Shown: positions 51,316 to 62,969, counted from the stretch's first letter. The stretch: 64,000 bases of DNA from Steroidobacteraceae bacterium (GCA_035300445.1 DATGVL010000048.1:13361-77360), one strand, 5' to 3'. Notes: a model not told the origin generated them from the sequence alone. Made by a program: numbers and translations.

Positions 51316-52644
51316 GTGAACGTCACCGCCCCGGCGCTGAATCTCGCGCCACTGCTCGACGTGCAGGGCTGCTGCAAGTCCTTCCGCAAGCCCGACGGGG
51401 ACGAGCTCGTCGTGCTCGAGAACGTCAATCTCACACTGCGGCCGGGGGAGATCGTGGGTCTCCTGGGGCGCTCCGGTTCCGGCAAATCGACGCTGCTGCG
51501 CGCGATCGCCGGGCTCGAGGAGCCCTCCGCGGGCGCCGTGAATTATCTCGGCCACCCGGTGAGCGGCCCGGCCGCCGGTATCGCCATGGTGTTCCAGAGC
51601 TTCGCGCTGTTCCCGTGGCTGACGGTGCTGGAGAACGTGCAGCTCGGCCTCGAAGCCCTCGGCATGGCGGAGCCGGAGATGCGCCGGCGCTCGCTGCAGG
51701 CGATCGACCTCATCGGCCTCGACGGCTTCGAGTCCGCCTATCCGCGCGAGCTCTCCGGCGGCATGCGCCAGCGCGTGGGGTTCGCGCGCGCGCTGGTGGT
51801 TCATCCCAACATCCTGCTCATGGACGAACCGTTTTCCGCTCTCGATGTGCTGACGGCCGAAACGCTGCGCAACGACTTCCTCAACCTGTGGGGCGAGGGG
51901 CAGTTGCCGATCAAGTCGGTGCTGCTGGTGACGCACAACATCGAAGAGGCAGTAGAGATGTGCGACCGCCTGCTGATTTTCTCCACTCAACCGGGGCGCG
52001 TGGTGGGCGAGATCCTCGTCGATCTGCCACAGCCGCGCAGTGCGCTCGATCCGCGCTTTCGCGCGCTCGTGGACCGCGTGTACGTGGAGATGACCGCCAA
52101 GCCCCGCGGCGAGGCGCGCGTCGGCCCCAAGGCCGAACGCTTTCCGGGGACGGGCATCGGCACGACGCTTACGCACGTCTCATCCAACGTGCTGCAGGGG
52201 CTTCTCGAGGCCGTGGGCGAGCCGCCCTACAACGGCAAGGCCGACCTGCCGGTGATCGCGGAAGAAGGGCGCCTGGAGGTGGACGACCTGTTCCGGGCGG
52301 CGGAGGCGCTGCAGCTGCTGCGCTTTGCCGAGATCGAGGGCGGCGACATCCGGCTCACGGAAGCCGGACTGCAGTTCACCCACGCAGACAGCGACGATCG
52401 CAAGAAGCTGTTCGCCCGTCACCTCATCACCTACGTGCCGCTCGCGGCGCACATCCGTCGGGTGCTGGATGAACGAGCGAGCCACAGCGCGCCCAAGAGC
52501 CGCTTCTTCGATGAGCTCGAGGACTACATGGCGGAGGAGGCGGCCGAGCAGACCCTGCGCACCATCATCAGCTGGGGCCGCTACGGGGAGGTGTTCGCCT
52601 ACGATGACCATCGCCAGGCATTCAGCCTGGAGAATCCCGCCTGA
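51316..52644 (+). CDS. ABC transporter ATP-binding protein with C-terminal AAA-associated domain
   Basis: Walker A GRSGSGKST, signature LSGGMRQRV and Walker B ILLMDEPFS, plus a non-ABC C-terminal domain of about 180 aa. GTG at 51316 is preceded by GAGGAG. Confidence 0.85.
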   Translation: MNVTAPALNLAPLLDVQGCCKSFRKPDGDELVVLENVNLTLRPGEIVGLLGRSGSGKSTLLRAIAGLEEPSAGAVNYLGHPVSGPAAGIAMVFQSFALFPWLTVLENVQLGLEALGMAEPEMRRRSLQAIDLIGLDGFESAYPRELSGGMRQRVGFARALVVHPNILLMDEPFSALDVLTAETLRNDFLNLWGEGQLPIKSVLLVTHNIEEAVEMCDRLLIFSTQPGRVVGEILVDLPQPRSALDPRFRALVDRVYVEMTAKPRGEARVGPKAERFPGTGIGTTLTHVSSNVLQGLLEAVGEPPYNGKADLPVIAEEGRLEVDDLFRAAEALQLLRFAEIEGGDIRLTEAGLQFTHADSDDRKKLFARHLITYVPLAAHIRRVLDERASHSAPKSRFFDELEDYMAEEAAEQTLRTIISWGRYGEVFAYDDHRQAFSLENPA

Positions 52645-52658
52645 CCCGGTCCGTTCGC

Positions 52659-54209
52659 TCAGGGCGTCGGTGGCGCCACCGGTGCGGCGGCAGCGGGTGC
52701 CGCGGCCGCCGCGGCCGTCGACGGATTGCCGCTGCGCGAGCCGAGTGCTTCCGCACTCCAGCCACCGCCCAAGGCCTGGATCAGCGCGACGCTCGCGGTG
52801 AGGCGGTTCTGGCGGATGGTGAGCAGCTGCTCGGCGTCGCCGAGCGCGATCGTCTGGGCGGTCACTACGGAGGTGTAGGCTACGGTGCCGGCGCGGTACT
52901 GGTTCAGGGTGAGCTGCAGCGACAGGTTGGCCGACTGCACGGTCTTCTGCTGGATGTCGAACTGCTGCTCGAGAATGCGCAGCGTCGCGAGCTCGTCTTC
53001 CACCTGCTCAAAGGCCGTGAGCACCACCTGGCGGTAACTCGCGACTGCGCCGTCGTAGGCGGCGCGCGCCCCGCGCACCTGCGCCCAGCGCGCACCGAAG
53101 TCGATCAACGCATCGCTCGTGTTCGCCCCGACCGACCAGAGACCGTTCGGCGCCTTGACCAGGCCCGCCGCGACGGTGCTGGCAAAGCCGTAGGAGCCGC
53201 TCAGCGTCAGATCCGGGAAGAACCCGGCCACCGCCACGCCGATCTGGGCGTTCGCCGCCGCCATCTTGCGCTCGGCCTCCGCGACGTCGGGGCGGCGCTC
53301 GAGGAGCGTGGAGGGCAAACCGATCGGCACCACCGGCACGGTGGCGCCCAGCGTCGCCGGGGCGAGCGAGAAGTCTCCCGGTGCCTTGCCGATGAGCATC
53401 GCGATGGCGTGCTCGAGCACGGCGCGTGTGACGCCGATTCCGGTCTGCTGCGACTGGGCGGAATCGAGCTGCGTCTCGGCGGTGATCACGTCCGCCTTGG
53501 CGACCACCCCGACCTTGTACTGGTTCTGCGCGATCTCGAGCGAGCGAGTGTAGGCCTCGACCGTCTGATCCAGCAGCTGCTTCTGCTCGTCGGCGATGCG
53601 CAGCTGGATGTAGTCGCTGGCGAGCGTGGCCTGCGCGGACAGCCGAACGGCGGCCAGGTCCGCTTCGCTCGCCTGAGCGCTCGCGACGCTGCTCTCGAGG
53701 GTGCGGCGGATTTTGCCCCAGATGTCCAGATCCCAGGCGCCGTTGGCGTTCACGTCAAACTGATTGGTGGCGTGCGTCGAGGGGGTCACGGTGGTGCCCG
53801 TGCCCGTGGTGCCCGTCGCAGAGCGCCCCCCCGGACCGCCCGAGCGCGTCGCGCTCGCGGCCACGCCGATCGTCGGGAAGAACTGCGCGCGCGACAGACT
53901 CACCAGCGCCACTGCCTGCCGCCAGGCGGCCTCCGAGGCCTTGAGCGTCTGATTGGAGATGTCGATCTGTTTCTCCAGCTCATCGAGGGTCGTATCGTTG
54001 TACACCGACCACCAGGCGCTGCCGCTCGCCGCTTCGCGCGGCTCCGCTGGCTTCCAGCCCTCGGCCTCCTTGAAGCGCTGCGGCACGGGCGCGGCGGGGC
54101 GGTGGTAGTTTGGGCCGACGGCGCAGCCGCCAGCCACGGCGAGGGCGAGGACGAGCGCGGCCACGGTGCAGCGGCTGCGCGGGGCGGGGGAGTGCGTGCG
54201 GGGTGTCAT
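52659..54209 (-). CDS. RND efflux outer-membrane factor lipoprotein, NodT family
   Basis: Lipobox LAVAGGCAVGPNY, followed by two OEP repeats. ATGA overlap with the upstream RND gene. Confidence 0.88.
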   Translation of the reverse strand: MTPRTHSPAPRSRCTVAALVLALAVAGGCAVGPNYHRPAAPVPQRFKEAEGWKPAEPREAASGSAWWSVYNDTTLDELEKQIDISNQTLKASEAAWRQAVALVSLSRAQFFPTIGVAASATRSGGPGGRSATGTTGTGTTVTPSTHATNQFDVNANGAWDLDIWGKIRRTLESSVASAQASEADLAAVRLSAQATLASDYIQLRIADEQKQLLDQTVEAYTRSLEIAQNQYKVGVVAKADVITAETQLDSAQSQQTGIGVTRAVLEHAIAMLIGKAPGDFSLAPATLGATVPVVPIGLPSTLLERRPDVAEAERKMAAANAQIGVAVAGFFPDLTLSGSYGFASTVAAGLVKAPNGLWSVGANTSDALIDFGARWAQVRGARAAYDGAVASYRQVVLTAFEQVEDELATLRILEQQFDIQQKTVQSANLSLQLTLNQYRAGTVAYTSVVTAQTIALGDAEQLLTIRQNRLTASVALIQALGGGWSAEALGSRSGNPSTAAAAAAPAAAAPVAPPTP

Positions 54210-57200
54210 AGGCTCTGCGCCGGCGCGGCCGGGTCCGGATGCGCATAAGGCAGCAGTCGCGACCACGCGCGGCTCGCCCAGCGACCGAAGCGATCCAGAT
54301 ACAGGTACATCACCGGGGTGGTGTAGAGCGTGAGCACCTGACTCACGATCAGCCCGCCGACGATCGAGATACCGAGGGGCTGGCGCATCTCGGCGCCGTC
54401 GCCGCTGCCGAAGGCGAGCGGCAGCGCCCCCAGCATCGCCGCCATGGTGGTCATCATGATGGGGCGGAAACGCAGGAGCGAGGCGGTGTAGATCGCATCC
54501 TCGGGCTGACGATGCTCGCGCCGCTGCGCGTCCAGCGCGAAGTCGATCATCATGATGGCGTTCTTCTTGACGATGCCGATGAGCAGGATCACGCCGATGA
54601 GGGCGATGATGCCGAACTCGGTGTTGAACAGGCGCAGCGCCAGCACCGCGCCGGCGCCCGCGGAGGGGAGCGTGGAGAGGATCGTGATCGGGTGAATATA
54701 GCTCTCGTAGAGCACCCCGAGCACGATATAGACCGCGGCGAGCGCGGACAGGATCAGCATCGGCTCATTGCTCATGGATTGCTGGGCGGCCTGCGCGGTG
54801 CCCTGGTAGCCGCCGTGAATGGTGGCCGGCATGCCGATGTCGTTGATGGCTTTGTTGATCGCCGCGTGGGCGTCACTGATCGAGGCGGTCGGCGCGACGT
54901 TGTAGGAAATGGTTGTCGCCACGAAGCTCCCCTGGTGATTGACGGCGAGCGGGGTGTTGCCCGGTGCGTAATGGGTAAAGGCCGCGAGGGGCACCATCTG
55001 CTCGGCGGCGGTGCTGTCGGCCGCGCCGGTCGAGACCGCCCCGCGCCCGGAATTGGCGAGCCTGTTAACGGCCTGATTTCGCGCGGTGTCCGCCGCCACG
55101 GTCGCCGCCGAGCTGCTGGCGGCGGTTTTGGTCGAGATCACCGTGCCGGCGACCGCATTCGTCCCCTGGGTGCCGCTCACCGTGCCGCCGGCGGTACTGA
55201 CCCACAGGCTCCGCAGGGCATCCGGACTCTGCCAGTACTGCGGCGCGACCTCCATGACCACGTGATACTGGTTGAGCGCGTTGTAGATGGTCGACACGTC
55301 GCGCTGCCCGAAGGCGTCGTAGAGCGTGTTATCGATGGCGGCTGGGTTGAGCTTGAGCCGCGAGGCGGTGTCGCGATCGATGACCAGCTGGATGTCCTGG
55401 CCGTTCTGCTGCTGGTCGGAGTTGACGTCGGTGAGCACGGGGGCGTGCTGCAGGGCCTCGGCAAGCTTCGGCGCCCACTTGTAGAGGTCCGCCACGTTGT
55501 CGGCCTGGAGCGTGTACTGGTACTGGGCGTTGCTCTGGCGCCCGCCGGTGCGGATGTCCTGCGCCGCCTGCAGGAACAGGCGCGCCCCGGCCACCTGGTT
55601 GAGTCTCGGGCGCAGCCGTCCGATCACTTCATCGGCGGACAGCGAGCGTTGCGCCTTCGCCTTGAGGGAGACGAAGATGAAGCCGCTGTTGGTCTGCCCG
55701 CCCCCGCCCGAGCCCCCGCCGGTGAAGCCGACGACCGAGTCGACGGCCGGGTCCGCCTGCACGATGCTGATGAACTGCCGGAGCTTCCCCGACATGGACT
55801 GGAACGAGATCGCCTGGTCGGCCTGGATGCCGCCGATGAGGCGTCCGGTGTCCTGCTGCGGGAAGAATCCCTTGGGGATCACGATATAGAGATAGATGTT
55901 GAACACCACGGTGGCGGCGAGCAGCACCATCATCAGGCCGCGGTTGCGCAGTGCCCAGCGCAGCGTACGAGCGTAGAAGTGCAGCACGGCCTCGAACGCG
56001 TGCTCGGTGACGCGGAACAGCCGTCCCTGCCTGGCCGGATCACTCTGGCGGATCAGGCGCGAGCACATCATGGGAGTGGTGGTGAGCGACACCAGCAGTG
56101 AGATCAGTACCGCCACCGAGAGCGTGATGGAGAATTCGCGGAACAGTCGGCCGACGATCCCGCCCATCATCAGGATCGGAATGAACACCGCCACCAGCGA
56201 CAGGCTCATCGACAGCACCGTGAAGCCGACCTCGCGGGCCCCCTGGATCGCGGCCTCAAACCGCGGCGTGCCCGCTTCCATGTGGCGCGTGATGTTCTCG
56301 AGCACCACGATGGCGTCATCGACCACGAAGCCGGTGGCGATGATGAGGGCCATGAGCGACAGGTTGTCGAGGCTGTAGCCGAGGAGGTACATGGCGCCGA
56401 AGGTGCCCAGGAGCGAGATCGGTACCGCCACCGCCGGCACCGCAGTGGCCCGGCCGTTGCGCAGGAACAGGAACACCACCAGGATCACCAGTGCGATCGC
56501 CATCAGGAGCGTGGTCTCGACGGCACGGAGCGAAGCGCGGATGGTCACGGTGCGGTCCATCGCGACGCGCATGTCGATGTCGGCCGGGATCGAGGCCTTG
56601 AGCGAGGGGATCAGCGCCTTCACCCGATCGACCGTGTCGATGATGTTGGCGCCGGGCTGGCGGTAGAGGATGACCAGCACCGCCGGCTGACCGTTCGCGA
56701 GCCCGAGGTTGCGTACGTTCTCGACCGAGTCGAGCACCTCGCCCACGTCCGCGACGCGCACGGCCGCGCCGTTGCGATAGGCGATGATCAGGTTGCGGTA
56801 CTCCGCCGCCTTGGTCGCCTGGTCATTGGTGTAGATCTGGTAGCGCCGGCCGCCGACGTCCATCGAGCCCTTGGGCGTGTTGGCATTTGCTGCGGCGAGC
56901 GCGGCGCGCACGTCCTCGAGCCCGATGCCGTACTTGAAGAGGGCATTGGGGTTGAGTTCCACGCGCACCGCGGGGAGCGAGCTGCCGCCGATCTGCACCT
57001 GGCCGATGCCGCTCACCTGCGAGAGCTTCTGCTGCAGGATGGTGTCGGCGGCGTCGTACAGCTGCCCAGGCGTCAGGGTCTTCGAGGTGAGCGCGAGGAT
57101 CAGCATGGGCGCATCGGCGGTGTTGACCTTGTGGTAGGTCGGGTTGCTGCGCAGCGCAGTCGGCAGATCCGCGCGCGCCGCGTTGATCGCCGCCTCGACG

Positions 57201-57520
57201 TCGCGGGCGGCGCCGTCGATGTCGCGATTGAGTCCGAATTGCAGCGTGACGTGCGCCGCCCCGGTCGAGCTGGACGAGGTCATCTCGGTCACGTCGGCGA
57301 TCTGACCCAGGTGCCGCTCGAGCGGCGTCGCCACCGTGGCCGCCATGACGTCGGGGCTGGCGCCGGCCATCTGGGCATTCACCGAGATGGTCGGAGTGTC
57401 TAACTGCGGGAGCGGGGCCACCGGCAGCTTGAAGTAGGCGATGCCGCCGGCGAGGGCCAGCCCGACGGTGAGGAGCGTGGTCGCAACCGGGCGGCGGATG
57501 AAGGGTTCGGAGATGTTCAT
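54206..57520 (-). CDS. mdtC: RND multidrug efflux permease, MdtC-like
   Basis: 1104 aa. N-terminus [17 protein letters not shown] and 12-TM RND architecture. Second of two tandem RND permeases, as in mdtABC. Confidence 0.85.
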   Translation of the reverse strand: MNISEPFIRRPVATTLLTVGLALAGGIAYFKLPVAPLPQLDTPTISVNAQMAGASPDVMAATVATPLERHLGQIADVTEMTSSSSTGAAHVTLQFGLNRDIDGAARDVEAAINAARADLPTALRSNPTYHKVNTADAPMLILALTSKTLTPGQLYDAADTILQQKLSQVSGIGQVQIGGSSLPAVRVELNPNALFKYGIGLEDVRAALAAANANTPKGSMDVGGRRYQIYTNDQATKAAEYRNLIIAYRNGAAVRVADVGEVLDSVENVRNLGLANGQPAVLVILYRQPGANIIDTVDRVKALIPSLKASIPADIDMRVAMDRTVTIRASLRAVETTLLMAIALVILVVFLFLRNGRATAVPAVAVPISLLGTFGAMYLLGYSLDNLSLMALIIATGFVVDDAIVVLENITRHMEAGTPRFEAAIQGAREVGFTVLSMSLSLVAVFIPILMMGGIVGRLFREFSITLSVAVLISLLVSLTTTPMMCSRLIRQSDPARQGRLFRVTEHAFEAVLHFYARTLRWALRNRGLMMVLLAATVVFNIYLYIVIPKGFFPQQDTGRLIGGIQADQAISFQSMSGKLRQFISIVQADPAVDSVVGFTGGGSGGGGQTNSGFIFVSLKAKAQRSLSADEVIGRLRPRLNQVAGARLFLQAAQDIRTGGRQSNAQYQYTLQADNVADLYKWAPKLAEALQHAPVLTDVNSDQQQNGQDIQLVIDRDTASRLKLNPAAIDNTLYDAFGQRDVSTIYNALNQYHVVMEVAPQYWQSPDALRSLWVSTAGGTVSGTQGTNAVAGTVISTKTAASSSAATVAADTARNQAVNRLANSGRGAVSTGAADSTAAEQMVPLAAFTHYAPGNTPLAVNHQGSFVATTISYNVAPTASISDAHAAINKAINDIGMPATIHGGYQGTAQAAQQSMSNEPMLILSALAAVYIVLGVLYESYIHPITILSTLPSAGAGAVLALRLFNTEFGIIALIGVILLIGIVKKNAIMMIDFALDAQRREHRQPEDAIYTASLLRFRPIMMTTMAAMLGALPLAFGSGDGAEMRQPLGISIVGGLIVSQVLTLYTTPVMYLYLDRFGRWASRAWSRLLPYAHPDPAAPAQSL

Positions 57521-60500
57521 TCGGCCGCCGTCTGCCCCGGGGCCGGTACGCCACGCCAGGCGGCGACGCGCTGCTCGAGGCGATCGAAGTAGAGGTAGAT
57601 CACCGGAGTGGTGAAGAGCGTCAGCAGCTGCGAAAGGATGAGGCCGCCGACGATGGTGATGCCGAGTGGGTGACGCAGCTCCGAGCCCGTACCCGTGCCG
57701 ATCATGAGGGGCAGCGCGCCCAACAGCGCCGCCATGGTGGTCATCAGGATCGGCCGGAAGCGCAGGAGGGAGGCGCGATAGATGGCATCGCGCGGCTTCA
57801 TGCCGTGCTCGCGCTCGGCGACCAGCGCGAAGTCGATCATCATGATGGCGTTCTTCTTCACGATGCCGATCAGCAGAACGATGCCGATGATGCCGATGAC
57901 GCCGAGGTCGGTGCGCGCGATCAAAAGCGCCAGCAGCGCGCCCACACCGGCCGAGGGGAGCGTGGAGAGGATCGTGATCGGGTGGATGAAGCTCTCGTAC
58001 AGCACCCCCAGCACGATGTACACGGTGACGATCGCTGCGATGATCAGGAACAGCTCGTTGGCGAGGGTCGCCTGGAAGGCGAGCGCGGTGCCCTGGAAGG
58101 CGGTCATGACACTCGCCGGCATGCCGATTTCGGCTTCCGCCTTGCGGATGGCATTGACCGCATCGCCCAGCGCCGCGCCCGCGGCGAGGTTGAACGACAC
58201 GGTGGTCGAGGGGAACTGACCCAGGTGATCGATGGAGAGCGGCGCGTTGCGGGTCGACACCTTCACCAGCGCCGAGAGCGGCACCTGGCCGCCGACCGCG
58301 GTGGCGGAGGGCAGGTAGAGGGTGCCGAGGGAATCGAGCGAGGCCATGAGTGAGCTGTCCGCCTGCAGGATCACGCGGTACTGGTTGGACTGCGTGAATA
58401 TGGTCGAGATGATGCGCTGCCCGAACGCATCGTAGAGCGCGTTGTCGACGGTCGCGGGGGTAATGCCAAAGCGCCCGGCTGTATCACGGTCGATGGTCAG
58501 ATACGCCGACAGTCCCAGGTTCTCCTGATCGCTCGCCACGTCCTCGATCTGCGGCACCTGCTGCAGGCGCTCGATCAGCTTCGGCACCCAGGTGTTGAAC
58601 TCGGTGGGGTTGGCGTCCTCGAGTACGAACTGGTACTGCGTGCGGCTCACCGTGGTGTCGATCGACAGGTCCTGCACCGGCTGCATGTAGATGGAGACGC
58701 CGGTGACATCCGCGGTCTCTTTCTGCAGGCGGCGGATGATGGCGCTGGCGGTGGCCGAGCGGTCGCTGACGGGCTTCAGGTTGATCAGCATGCGCCCACT
58801 GTTGAGCGTGATGTTGGTGCCGTCGACCCCGATGAAGGACGACAGGCTGACCACGTCCGGGTCCTTGAGGATCGCCGCCGCCATGGCTGCCTGACGGCGC
58901 CCCATGTCCCCGTAGGAGACCTCCTGCGGCGCTTCCGTGATCGCCTGGATGATGCCCGTGTCCTGTACCGGGAAGAAGCCCTTCGGAATGAAGACATAGA
59001 GGAGCACGGTCACCACGAGCGTCCCGAGCGCCACCGCAAGGGTCATCGGCTGGCGGTCGAGCACCCAACGCAGGGCATCCCCGTAGCGGTCGATGAGCGC
59101 TTGGAACTTCGCGTTCGCCCAGCGCGCGACGCCGGTCTCCTCGCTCTTGGGCCTATGCCGCAGGAGCTTGGCACACAGCATCGGCACCAGGGTGAGGGAC
59201 ACCACCGCGGAGATGACGATGGTGATCGCGAGCGTAATGGCGAACTCGTGGAACAGCCGCCCCACCACATCGCCCATGAAGAGCAGGGGAATCAGCACCG
59301 CGATGAGCGACACCGTGAGGGACACGATGGTGAAGCCGATCTCGCCCGCACCCCGTAGGGCCGCCTCGAGCGGCGCCATGCCCTCCTCGATGTAGCGCGC
59401 GATGTTCTCGATCATGACGATGGCATCGTCCACCACGAAGCCGGTGGCAATGGTGAGCGCCATGAGCGAGAGGTTGTTGAGGCTGAAGCCGAGCAGATAC
59501 ATCGCGGCGAGTGTCCCGACCAGCGATAGGGGCACCGAGAGGCTCGGGATCACGGTGGCCGGGATGTTGCGCAGAAACAGAAAAATCACCAGCACCACCA
59601 GGATCACCGCGAGCGACAGCTCGAACTCCACGTCGTGGACGGATGCGCGGATGGTGTTGGTGCGGTCGGTGAGGATCGACACTTCCGCCGCCGCCGGGAG
59701 CGAGCCGGAGAGCGCGGGCAGGAGCGTCTTGATCCGATCCACCACCTGGATCACGTTGGCGCCCGGCTGGCGCTGAATATTGAGGATGATGCCGGGGGTG
59801 TTGTTTACCCAGCCGGCGAGATAGGCGTTCTGGGCTCCGGCGGTGACCTGGGCGACGTCCGACAGGCGCACCGGGTTGCCGTTCTTGTATGAGACGATGA
59901 CGCTCTCGTAGGCCTCCGGGCTCTGGATCTGATCGTTGGCATTGAGCGTCCAGGAGCGCGCCGGACCGTCGAGGGTCCCCTTGGGCGCATTGACGTTGGC
60001 GTTCGCAATGGTGGTGCGCAGGTCGTCGATGTTGAGGCCGTAGGCGGCGAGTGCGCGCACGTTGGCGATGATGCGCACCGCCGGGCGCTGCCCGCCGCTC
60101 ACGCTCACCAATCCCACGCCCTCGATCTGCGAGATCTTCTGCGCGAGGCGCGTATCGGCCAGATCCTCGAGCTGCGTCAGCGGCAGCGTCTTGGACGTGA
60201 TCCCGAGCGTGAGGATCGGTGCATCCGCCGGGTTCACCTTGGCGTAGACGGGGGGCGCGGGCAGGTCCGACGGCAAGAGGTTCCCGGCCGCATTGATCGC
60301 GGCCTGCACTTCCTGCTCGGCGATGTCGAGGGAGAGAGTCAGGCTGAACTGCAGCGTGATGACGGATGCTCCGCCCGAGCTCGTCGAGGACATCTGGTTC
60401 AGGCCCGGCATCTGCCCGAACTGCACTTCAAGGGGTGCGGTGATCGAGGACGTCATCACCTCCGGGCTCGCGCCCGGATAGAAGGTCTGCACCTGGATGG

Positions 60501-60630
60501 TCGGATAGTCGACTTGCGGGAGCGCGGACAGCGGCAGGAAGCCGTAGGCCACAATGCCGACCAGCATGATGGCGATCATCAGGAGCGAGGTCCCGACGGG
60601 CCGCAGGATGAAAATGCGCGAGGGGTTCAT
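57517..60630 (-). CDS. mdtB: RND multidrug efflux permease, MdtB-like
   Basis: 1037 aa. N-terminus [18 protein letters not shown] and RND architecture. First of the tandem pair. Confidence 0.85.
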   Translation of the reverse strand: MNPSRIFILRPVGTSLLMIAIMLVGIVAYGFLPLSALPQVDYPTIQVQTFYPGASPEVMTSSITAPLEVQFGQMPGLNQMSSTSSGGASVITLQFSLTLSLDIAEQEVQAAINAAGNLLPSDLPAPPVYAKVNPADAPILTLGITSKTLPLTQLEDLADTRLAQKISQIEGVGLVSVSGGQRPAVRIIANVRALAAYGLNIDDLRTTIANANVNAPKGTLDGPARSWTLNANDQIQSPEAYESVIVSYKNGNPVRLSDVAQVTAGAQNAYLAGWVNNTPGIILNIQRQPGANVIQVVDRIKTLLPALSGSLPAAAEVSILTDRTNTIRASVHDVEFELSLAVILVVLVIFLFLRNIPATVIPSLSVPLSLVGTLAAMYLLGFSLNNLSLMALTIATGFVVDDAIVMIENIARYIEEGMAPLEAALRGAGEIGFTIVSLTVSLIAVLIPLLFMGDVVGRLFHEFAITLAITIVISAVVSLTLVPMLCAKLLRHRPKSEETGVARWANAKFQALIDRYGDALRWVLDRQPMTLAVALGTLVVTVLLYVFIPKGFFPVQDTGIIQAITEAPQEVSYGDMGRRQAAMAAAILKDPDVVSLSSFIGVDGTNITLNSGRMLINLKPVSDRSATASAIIRRLQKETADVTGVSIYMQPVQDLSIDTTVSRTQYQFVLEDANPTEFNTWVPKLIERLQQVPQIEDVASDQENLGLSAYLTIDRDTAGRFGITPATVDNALYDAFGQRIISTIFTQSNQYRVILQADSSLMASLDSLGTLYLPSATAVGGQVPLSALVKVSTRNAPLSIDHLGQFPSTTVSFNLAAGAALGDAVNAIRKAEAEIGMPASVMTAFQGTALAFQATLANELFLIIAAIVTVYIVLGVLYESFIHPITILSTLPSAGVGALLALLIARTDLGVIGIIGIVLLIGIVKKNAIMMIDFALVAEREHGMKPRDAIYRASLLRFRPILMTTMAALLGALPLMIGTGTGSELRHPLGITIVGGLILSQLLTLFTTPVIYLYFDRLEQRVAAWRGVPAPGQTAAE

Positions 60631-60661
60631 GCGGCCGCCTGCCTGGCTGGCGCGAGCGTGC

Positions 60662-61975
60662 TCATCCGACGCCTGGGGCGTTCCTCGGCTGGCGCTTGCC
60701 GCCGCTCTGCCCCTGTCCCGGTCCGGCGTGCTGGGCGTGGCCTGCCCCCGGCGGGGCGGACGCCGTGTTCTGCCGCAGCTGGATCTTGGCGCCGTCCTTG
60801 AGCTTGTCGGCGCCGTCCACCACCACCACTTCCCCGGGGATAAGACCCTGTGTGATCGACACGTTGGTGGGGTCGCCCGGGCCCAAGGTCACCTTGCGCA
60901 CGCTCACCGTCTGGTCGGCGCTGTTGACGACGTAGACATAGGTGCCCGGTTCGCCACGCTGCACGCCGGCCTGGGGGATGAGGGTCGCGCCGTGCAGCGT
61001 GTCGAGCAGCAGCACCACGTTCACGAACTGCTGCGGGAAGAGGCTCTCGTCGATGTTGGGAAAGATCGCCTTGAGCCGGATCGTGCCGGTGGTGGTGTCG
61101 ATCTGGCTGTCGATGGACTGGAGCGTCCCGGTCGCGAGCTGGCGCGTGTTGCTCCGGTCGTAGGCCGTCACCGGCAGCGCGACGCCGGCATGCAGCTGCT
61201 TGAGCAGCGGCGGGATCTCATCTTCAGGCAGCGTGAATACCACCGTGATCGGCTGCAGCTGCGTAACTACGACCAGCCCGTTGGGCTCGGCGGGGGTCAC
61301 GTAGTTGCCGACGGTCACCTGCTGAAGTCCCGCGCGGCCGGAGATCGGGGAGATGATGTGACAGTAGGTGAGGTTCAGCTTCGCCGAGTCGATCTGGCCC
61401 TGGTCGGTCTTCACCGATCCCTCGTACTGGGCGACCAGCGCCTTTTGCGTGGCGAGCTGCTGCTCGGCGATCGAGTCCTGTGCGAAGAGCGTCTGATAGC
61501 GCTCGAGGTCCACGTGCGCGTTGACGAGCAGCGCCGTGTCGCGGATCAGGGCCCCCTGGGCCTGCTCGAGCGCGACCTGGTAGGGCCGCGGGTCGATCTG
61601 GATGAGGGGGTCGCCCTCCTTGATCTTCTGGCCCTCCTTGAAGGCGATGTGCTGGATCTGCCCGCTGATCTGGCTCTGCACTGTCACCGTGGCGAGCGGC
61701 GTCACAGTGCCCAAGCCGATGAGCGTAATGGGCATGTCCCCTGAGCGGGCGGTGGCGGTCACCACCGGCATCGGGCCGCCCTGTCCGAAACGTCCGCCCG
61801 CAGGCGCGGTGGTGGCCTTGGGGGTCAGGAGCCACGCGAGCAGCGCGAACGCCAGCAGCACGCCGATGATGACCAGCGCTCGGCGCGAGGTCACGTATTC
61901 CCGCCAGGTGTGGTGGGCCTCCGGCTCAAAAGTTGCAGCGACTGGGCGGGGCAGATCGCGGTTTTCGTCATTCAT
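60662..61975 (-). CDS. mdtA: RND efflux membrane fusion protein (periplasmic adaptor), MdtA-like
   Basis: TM anchor ([18 protein letters not shown]), then a lipoyl/hairpin/beta-barrel pattern ([12 protein letters not shown]..., [11 protein letters not shown]). ATG at 61975 lies inside the longer ORF. Confidence 0.85.
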   Translation of the reverse strand: MNDENRDLPRPVAATFEPEAHHTWREYVTSRRALVIIGVLLAFALLAWLLTPKATTAPAGGRFGQGGPMPVVTATARSGDMPITLIGLGTVTPLATVTVQSQISGQIQHIAFKEGQKIKEGDPLIQIDPRPYQVALEQAQGALIRDTALLVNAHVDLERYQTLFAQDSIAEQQLATQKALVAQYEGSVKTDQGQIDSAKLNLTYCHIISPISGRAGLQQVTVGNYVTPAEPNGLVVVTQLQPITVVFTLPEDEIPPLLKQLHAGVALPVTAYDRSNTRQLATGTLQSIDSQIDTTTGTIRLKAIFPNIDESLFPQQFVNVVLLLDTLHGATLIPQAGVQRGEPGTYVYVVNSADQTVSVRKVTLGPGDPTNVSITQGLIPGEVVVVDGADKLKDGAKIQLRQNTASAPPGAGHAQHAGPGQGQSGGKRQPRNAPGVG

Positions 61976-62151
61976 GAGGTGAGCGGGGAGGCGTTGCGGA
62001 TGCTCGGTCGGTTGTCGGGTGCTGCCAGGGAGCCCCTGCGGGGTTAGGGTACACAATCGCAAAAAAATGGGGCAGCACGGACCACCCTGCCGCCCCGAGG
62101 GGGAGTAAGCACAAGGTCTCACACTGACCGCTCAGGCAGTGTTAACGCTCA

Positions 62152-62171
62152 GCAAAGAAGTGCAAAGAAGT
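62152..62171 (+). promoter_or_regulatory. Perfect tandem 10-bp direct repeat, a CpxR-box-like site (GCAAA-N5-GCAAA)
   Basis: GCAAAGAAGT GCAAAGAAGT, 57-76 nt upstream of the response-regulator ATG, in the divergent region shared with mdtA. The E. coli CpxR consensus is GTAAA-N5-GTAAA. Confidence 0.45.
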
Positions 62172-62227
62172 CTCCGTTTTCGGGGTGTTCGGGCCGGCCG
62201 CCTGCCGGAGCGTGTATCGTTTGCGAC

Positions 62228-62965
62228 ATGGAAGCGCGCGAGGTGGCGGGAGAGATCAATCCGACACTGCTCATCGTCGATGACGATCAGGAGCTGTGCG
62301 CGATGCTGGCGGAGTACCTCGTCCCGGAGGGGTTCCTCACGCTCAGCGCGAGCACCGGGCCCGCGGGACTGGAACAGCTCGGGCGCGCCGCGGTGGACCT
62401 CGTGGTGCTGGACGTGATGCTGCCGGAGCTCTCGGGCTTTGAAGTGCTGCGCCGCATCCGCGCCGTCAGCCGTGTGCCGGTCATCATGCTCACCGCCCGG
62501 GGCGAGGAGGTGGATCGCGTGGTGGGGCTGGAGATGGGTGCCGACGACTACCTCGCCAAACCCTTCAGCCCGCGCGAACTGGTGGCGCGCATCCGGGCGG
62601 TGTTGCGGCGCATGCCGGGGGAGGGTCAGAGCGCGAGCGGACTCATCCTGTGGGGGCCGCTGCGCCTCGACCTGCGCGCGCGTCGCGCCGACGTCGCTGA
62701 TCGTGATCTGGAGCTCACGTCCGCGGAGCTGCGGATTCTGGAGCTGCTGGTGCGCGCGGACACGCGCACCGTCACGCGCGATGAGCTCATGATGCAGGCA
62801 CTCGGCCGCCGGCTGCTGCCGACCGATCGCAGCCTCGACACGCACGTGAGCAACCTGCGCCGCAAGCTCACGAAGCACACCGACCGCGTCACGCTGCAGA
62901 GCGTGCGCGGCTCGGGTTACGCGCTGGCGCTCGCGTCCGCGCGCGCACCGACGTCGCAGGGCTAG
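62228..62965 (+). CDS. OmpR-family response regulator (CpxR/BaeR-like)
   Basis: LLIVDDDQELCAMLAEYL, LVVLDVMLPELSGFEVL, VIMLTARGEEVDRVVGLEMGADDYLAKPFSPRELVARIRAVLRR and a winged-helix C-terminus (VRGSGYAL). Confidence 0.9.
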   Translation: MEAREVAGEINPTLLIVDDDQELCAMLAEYLVPEGFLTLSASTGPAGLEQLGRAAVDLVVLDVMLPELSGFEVLRRIRAVSRVPVIMLTARGEEVDRVVGLEMGADDYLAKPFSPRELVARIRAVLRRMPGEGQSASGLILWGPLRLDLRARRADVADRDLELTSAELRILELLVRADTRTVTRDELMMQALGRRLLPTDRSLDTHVSNLRRKLTKHTDRVTLQSVRGSGYALALASARAPTSQG

Positions 62966-62969
62966 GCTC

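Noticed and set aside
54430-54600. Near-identical DNA blocks shared with 57730-57900 (for example GAAGTCGATCATCATGATGGCGTTCTTCTT), considered as dispersed repeats.
   Set aside because: They are the conserved TM-helix coding regions of the paralogous MdtB-like and MdtC-like RND genes, not mobile or regulatory repeats.
62075-62105. GC-rich imperfect hairpin (GGGGCAGCACGGACCACCCTGCCGCCCC) in the mdtA/regulator intergenic region, considered as a terminator or REP element.
   Set aside because: It lies upstream of both divergent genes, so there is nothing to terminate. The stem is imperfect, and I found no second copy in the window.
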